A stretch of DNA of 64,000 bases, from positions 192,001-256,000 of the forward strand of contig JAWXAQ010000030.1 in assembly GCA_034439575.1 (NCBI GenBank), read 5' to 3'. This document shows, in pieces, positions 60,527 through 64,000 of the stretch. How positions within the stretch are numbered: the stretch's first letter is position 1; each line of letters opens with the position of its first letter. The DNA is from Leptospira sp. (GTDB lineage Bacteria; Spirochaetota; Leptospiria; Leptospirales; Leptospiraceae). The notes below the pieces were generated by a model that ran no database searches, was not told the origin of the DNA, and saw only the letters and a program-made list of their open reading frames with translations. Made by a program: the position numbers and the translations under genes.

Positions 60527-61779
60527 TTCCGCATATATTAATTTTTGATAATGACAAAGATCTTAAACCTAATTTCACAAATTTAATTATAGAATCAGGT
60601 TTTACATCCGAACAAGTAACGACAGAGTCAGAGTTTTGGGAAAGGCTTAAAGTGGAAAGATTTCAAATTATACTCTTTGATCCATTGATTATTAAACCCA
60701 GCGGCGAAGCGTTTTTAGATAATATAAAGAAAAGTCATCCGGATCTTTTGGTAATTCTAACATCACATGAATCTAACTGGAAACAGGTGGCACATTTACT
60801 TAGAGAACATAGAGCATATGATTTAGTGACAAAACCAATAGATTCTGGTTTATTTAAAATTTCCATAGAAAGAGCTTTTGATTATTTAGAAGTAAGAAAT
60901 AAAGCAGAAACAGTGCTTCAGGGCGAAAGTTTACTTTATAAAAACATGATTGAAATCTTCAATTGGAAGAATTCTATTTCTAATAAAGGAACAGAAAATA
61001 TAGCAGGTGATTTAATTCACCAAATGAACATTAGCTTATTTCAAGGTAGCGGAATTGGTACATTAATGAGCATCGTAAGTGTATTGATGAGTAAGGCCAA
61101 ACTTGATGAATCCGAATCTAACTACATTGTCCCAAAAAATATTTTTGCTTTGCTTGGTGAGAACTATGACGCGGCGCAAGGAATGTTTGATAGTATGTCT
61201 ATTTCCCAAAGTGTTATTGAAGATTCGAATTTTGTCGAAACGCAAGAATCACCTAACATTTTAAATGATATTGTTGAAAATGAAATAAAGGCATTGCATG
61301 GAGCTTTGGAAATCAAAAATCAAAGAATCAAACAGAGTTCAATGCCTATTGGCATATCCAAACATCAGATCGTATTAAGTGTGGAAAAAATGCGAAAAGC
61401 CATTCGTGAAATTCTTGTTAATGCTTTGAAGTATTCGAGAGAGAATGATCAAATATTTATATTATATTTTCTAAAAGATAATTTTTTTGAACTAAAAGTA
61501 ATTAACCCTGCCTATACAAATGATGATGGAACTATCGGAATCTCAGGTAAACAAGAACAATTGGTATTCGAACCTTTTTATCGTCTATCATCCGTTATGA
61601 ATGACAATTATGTTAAATATGAGTATTTCAGATTTGGCCTTGGATTACCATTAGCAAAAAAAATTGTAGAGCAGCACAAAGCAAATATTGAAATTTACAC
61701 AATTGACAACAATATCCGAGATCAAAGAGCCAAAGATATTTGTCTTACCATTCGATTTCCATTAAAACAAAAAGCCTAG
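60523..61779 (+). CDS. Atypical hybrid receiver/histidine-kinase-like protein
   Basis: Degenerate receiver; EILVNALKYS N-box, FEPFYR and GLGL; no canonical H-box. Confidence 0.8.
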   Translation: MIPHILIFDNDKDLKPNFTNLIIESGFTSEQVTTESEFWERLKVERFQIILFDPLIIKPSGEAFLDNIKKSHPDLLVILTSHESNWKQVAHLLREHRAYDLVTKPIDSGLFKISIERAFDYLEVRNKAETVLQGESLLYKNMIEIFNWKNSISNKGTENIAGDLIHQMNISLFQGSGIGTLMSIVSVLMSKAKLDESESNYIVPKNIFALLGENYDAAQGMFDSMSISQSVIEDSNFVETQESPNILNDIVENEIKALHGALEIKNQRIKQSSMPIGISKHQIVLSVEKMRKAIREILVNALKYSRENDQIFILYFLKDNFFELKVINPAYTNDDGTIGISGKQEQLVFEPFYRLSSVMNDNYVKYEYFRFGLGLPLAKKIVEQHKANIEIYTIDNNIRDQRAKDICLTIRFPLKQKA

Positions 61780-61788
61780 GAGAATTAT

Positions 61789-62151
61789 ATGGCAAAAATA
61801 TTAACAGTAGATGATGCACCGGCTGTTCTAAAGATACTTAATTTAGTTTTAACTACTGAAGGACATGATGTCGTATCGGCACCTAACGGCATGGAGGCTC
61901 TAAAAATACTTGAATCACAAAAATTTGACATTGGAATTTTTGATGTGAATATGCCTGGTATCACAGGTATAGAACTGACAGGGAAAGTTTTGTCGGATCC
62001 TAAACATAATGATATGAATATTATCATGTTAACTACTGAGTCAAGTGAAGAAATGAAAAAAAAAGGACAAGAGGCAGGTGCTATCGGTTGGCTTGTAAAA
62101 CCGTTTGCAAATGAATCGCTAGCGAAGTTAATTCAACAGATTACATCTTAA
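61789..62151 (+). CDS. cheY: CheY-like response regulator
   Basis: TVDD, FDVNMP, MLTTES and GWLVKPF. Confidence 0.92.
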   Translation: MAKILTVDDAPAVLKILNLVLTTEGHDVVSAPNGMEALKILESQKFDIGIFDVNMPGITGIELTGKVLSDPKHNDMNIIMLTTESSEEMKKKGQEAGAIGWLVKPFANESLAKLIQQITS

Positions 62152-62161
62152 TATTTTAATT

Positions 62162-64000
62162 ATGGATTCGCTCATCTTATTTTGGGCGGTAACGTTCAAT
62201 TTAATTATAACAATTGCTCTTTTTTTTACATATCGAATTCAAAATAACCATCCAGAAATTAAACCTTTAGCGATTTCGTTTTTCATAGCAGAGATACGCT
62301 ATTTTTTAATCTTATCATTTAATAATGGTAATTTTGAAATTGAAAATTTTATATTTTTATTATCCGAGATTCTACAAAACCTTTCTGGAATTTATGTGAT
62401 AGAAGCATACTTAAAAAATTCAAATATCATAATTTCTTTATATAAAAAGATTATCTTGTTTTTTTTGTTATGCGCAGTAACTTTATTTTTTATAATTTTC
62501 ACAAAAAACACAATGTATGCAAGCATTCCAAGCACATTATGTTTGGCGATAGGATACTTACTCTTTGCTATCTCCATTTTAAAAACCCCAAAATATACTC
62601 GTGGATTAAGTATTTTAATCGGAATTTTGGCGATAATTTTGTGTCTACATAGATTGGATTTCCCCTACTTTTTCTTTAATCCACATCTACGTAGTATTGG
62701 AATACTCATCAATTGTTCTCTATTATTAGCATTCGGAATTTCGATTATCATCGGCAGCTTTATACAGCAACATCATGAATTAGAATCGACATTCAAATCA
62801 TTGTTAAGTACAAGAATTGCCCTAAAAGAAAATGCTAAAAAATTAGAAGTGATAAATAATTTTTTACCGGCAATAATCTATAGCATTGATATTAGAGAAA
62901 TTCCAAAGTTTTTATATATCAACAAACGCGGCGAACAATTGCTCGGATATACCTTTGTCGAATTTTTAAACCGAAAACATTTTTTAGAAGAGATCACTCA
63001 TCCTGAAGATCGCGATAAAATAGTAAACATGATAAATGGAGAAAGTTCCATTCTTATGCGATGGATATGCAAAAATGGAAAAGTTATTTGGTTAGAACAT
63101 TTCATAACTTGTTCTCAGGAATTGAATGAAGGTATAAAAACCATAGAAGGTATCGCCATTGATATTACTCGATCAATAGAAACCGAATCATCTCTGTTAA
63201 CTGAAAGAAATTTCAATATAACAATTTTTGAAAATACCGCAAGCCTTATCATCCTCACTGATTTACAAGGGAAGGTTTTAAATTTTAATACTGCCGCGGA
63301 AAAATTGACTGGTTATTCTAAAGCTGACGCCATCGGAAATTTCTTTTATGATTTATTGGTATTGGAATCAGAAAGAAATAATTTTAAAGAAATCATTAGT
63401 GAAATAGATGAATTTAAAGATATTGCAGATGGTATCACTCTTCGGTTTCAATCCTCAAATGGTGAAATGAAATATCTGGAGTGGAGAATCGGAACTGTCA
63501 GTGATACAAAAAGTAAGATAACAAATATTATTTGGCTAGGTATCGATCAAACTAAAAAAAGGAAAGCTGAATATGATTTAAAAGAGTTAAATAAATCATT
63601 GGAAAGTAAGGTTGAACAAAGGACATTAGAAATCAATAAATCAAATCTAGAATTACGAGAAACACTTTCTACATTAAAAGAAACACAATCAAAGTTGATT
63701 CAATCGGAAAAATTGGCCTCACTTGGTCAATTAATTTCTGGTCTATCACATGAAATCAACAACCCCATTGGTGCCATCAAAGCATCGAATGAGTACTTAT
63801 CGCAAGAATGGAAAGAAAGATTGGACCTTGACCTAAAAAAATCAGACATAAAATCAAATTTGATTCAATTCATAAATGATGGTAATCTGGGAGATAATCC
63901 AGCGACTGGTTTAAAAAATAGAAAGCTACGATTAGAATTAATTGAAAAATTAAAAGAATTAGATTTTAATTTTCCAGAACTTTATGCAGAATTATTTGTA
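62162..64000 (+). CDS. Membrane PAS-PAS sensor histidine kinase (runs off window end)
   Basis: My translation from ATG 62162 gives a multi-TM N-terminus, PAS motifs (THPEDR, FNTAAEKLTGY) and the H-box SEKLASLGQLISGLSHEINNPIG. Confidence 0.9.
   Translation, partial: MDSLILFWAVTFNLIITIALFFTYRIQNNHPEIKPLAISFFIAEIRYFLILSFNNGNFEIENFIFLLSEILQNLSGIYVIEAYLKNSNIIISLYKKIILFFLLCAVTLFFIIFTKNTMYASIPSTLCLAIGYLLFAISILKTPKYTRGLSILIGILAIILCLHRLDFPYFFFNPHLRSIGILINCSLLLAFGISIIIGSFIQQHHELESTFKSLLSTRIALKENAKKLEVINNFLPAIIYSIDIREIPKFLYINKRGEQLLGYTFVEFLNRKHFLEEITHPEDRDKIVNMINGESSILMRWICKNGKVIWLEHFITCSQELNEGIKTIEGIAIDITRSIETESSLLTERNFNITIFENTASLIILTDLQGKVLNFNTAAEKLTGYSKADAIGNFFYDLLVLESERNNFKEIISEIDEFKDIADGITLRFQSSNGEMKYLEWRIGTVSDTKSKITNIIWLGIDQTKKRKAEYDLKELNKSLESKVEQRTLEINKSNLELRETLSTLKETQSKLIQSEKLASLGQLISGLSHEINNPIGAIKASNEYLSQEWKERLDLDLKKSDIKSNLIQFINDGNLGDNPATGLKNRKLRLELIEKLKELDFNFPELYAELFV

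Overview
This 64-kb window looks like chromosomal DNA from a Leptospira species. The assignment is inferred from the FlbB flagellar collar gene, a Len-like DUF1554 lipoprotein, spirochaetal lipoboxes and gene order. From left to right it holds: a partial CzcA/CusA RND pump; clpX-clpP-tig and tRNA-Gly(GCC); a GDSL esterase; a divergent envelope module (His-repeat beta-barrel and OmpA lipoprotein opposite a ~940-aa Len-like lipoprotein); DUF3095, nagZ, a PilZ-like gene and murA; a 4Fe-4S gene; and a small zinc-finger gene. A flagellar region follows (fliI, an antisense hybrid kinase/PP2C, fliJ, flbB, converging on flhF-flhG-x-fliA-fapA-x-x-remA-gmk). Then come an SDR, a split mnmD/mnmC, lpxK, hisE, wzm-wzt-ugd, glgP and metabolic genes, and an mcp-cheW-cheA-cheB-kinase-cheY-PAS kinase cluster that runs off the window end. 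I saw no integrase, transposase, reverse transcriptase or CRISPR array. The most notable unexplained signals are: (1) two copies of a 55-bp palindromic element 283 bp apart, one intergenic and one inside the 4Fe-4S CDS; (2) a GC-rich multi-hairpin candidate ncRNA or leader upstream of wzm-wzt-ugd; (3) an outer-membrane gene split at a T9 tract; (4) a CheA whose P2 region is replaced by five EEFGLF-type repeats; (5) active-site variants in MurA (Cys to Asp) and ClpP (Asp to Asn). All family assignments come from motif recognition by eye, not database searches.
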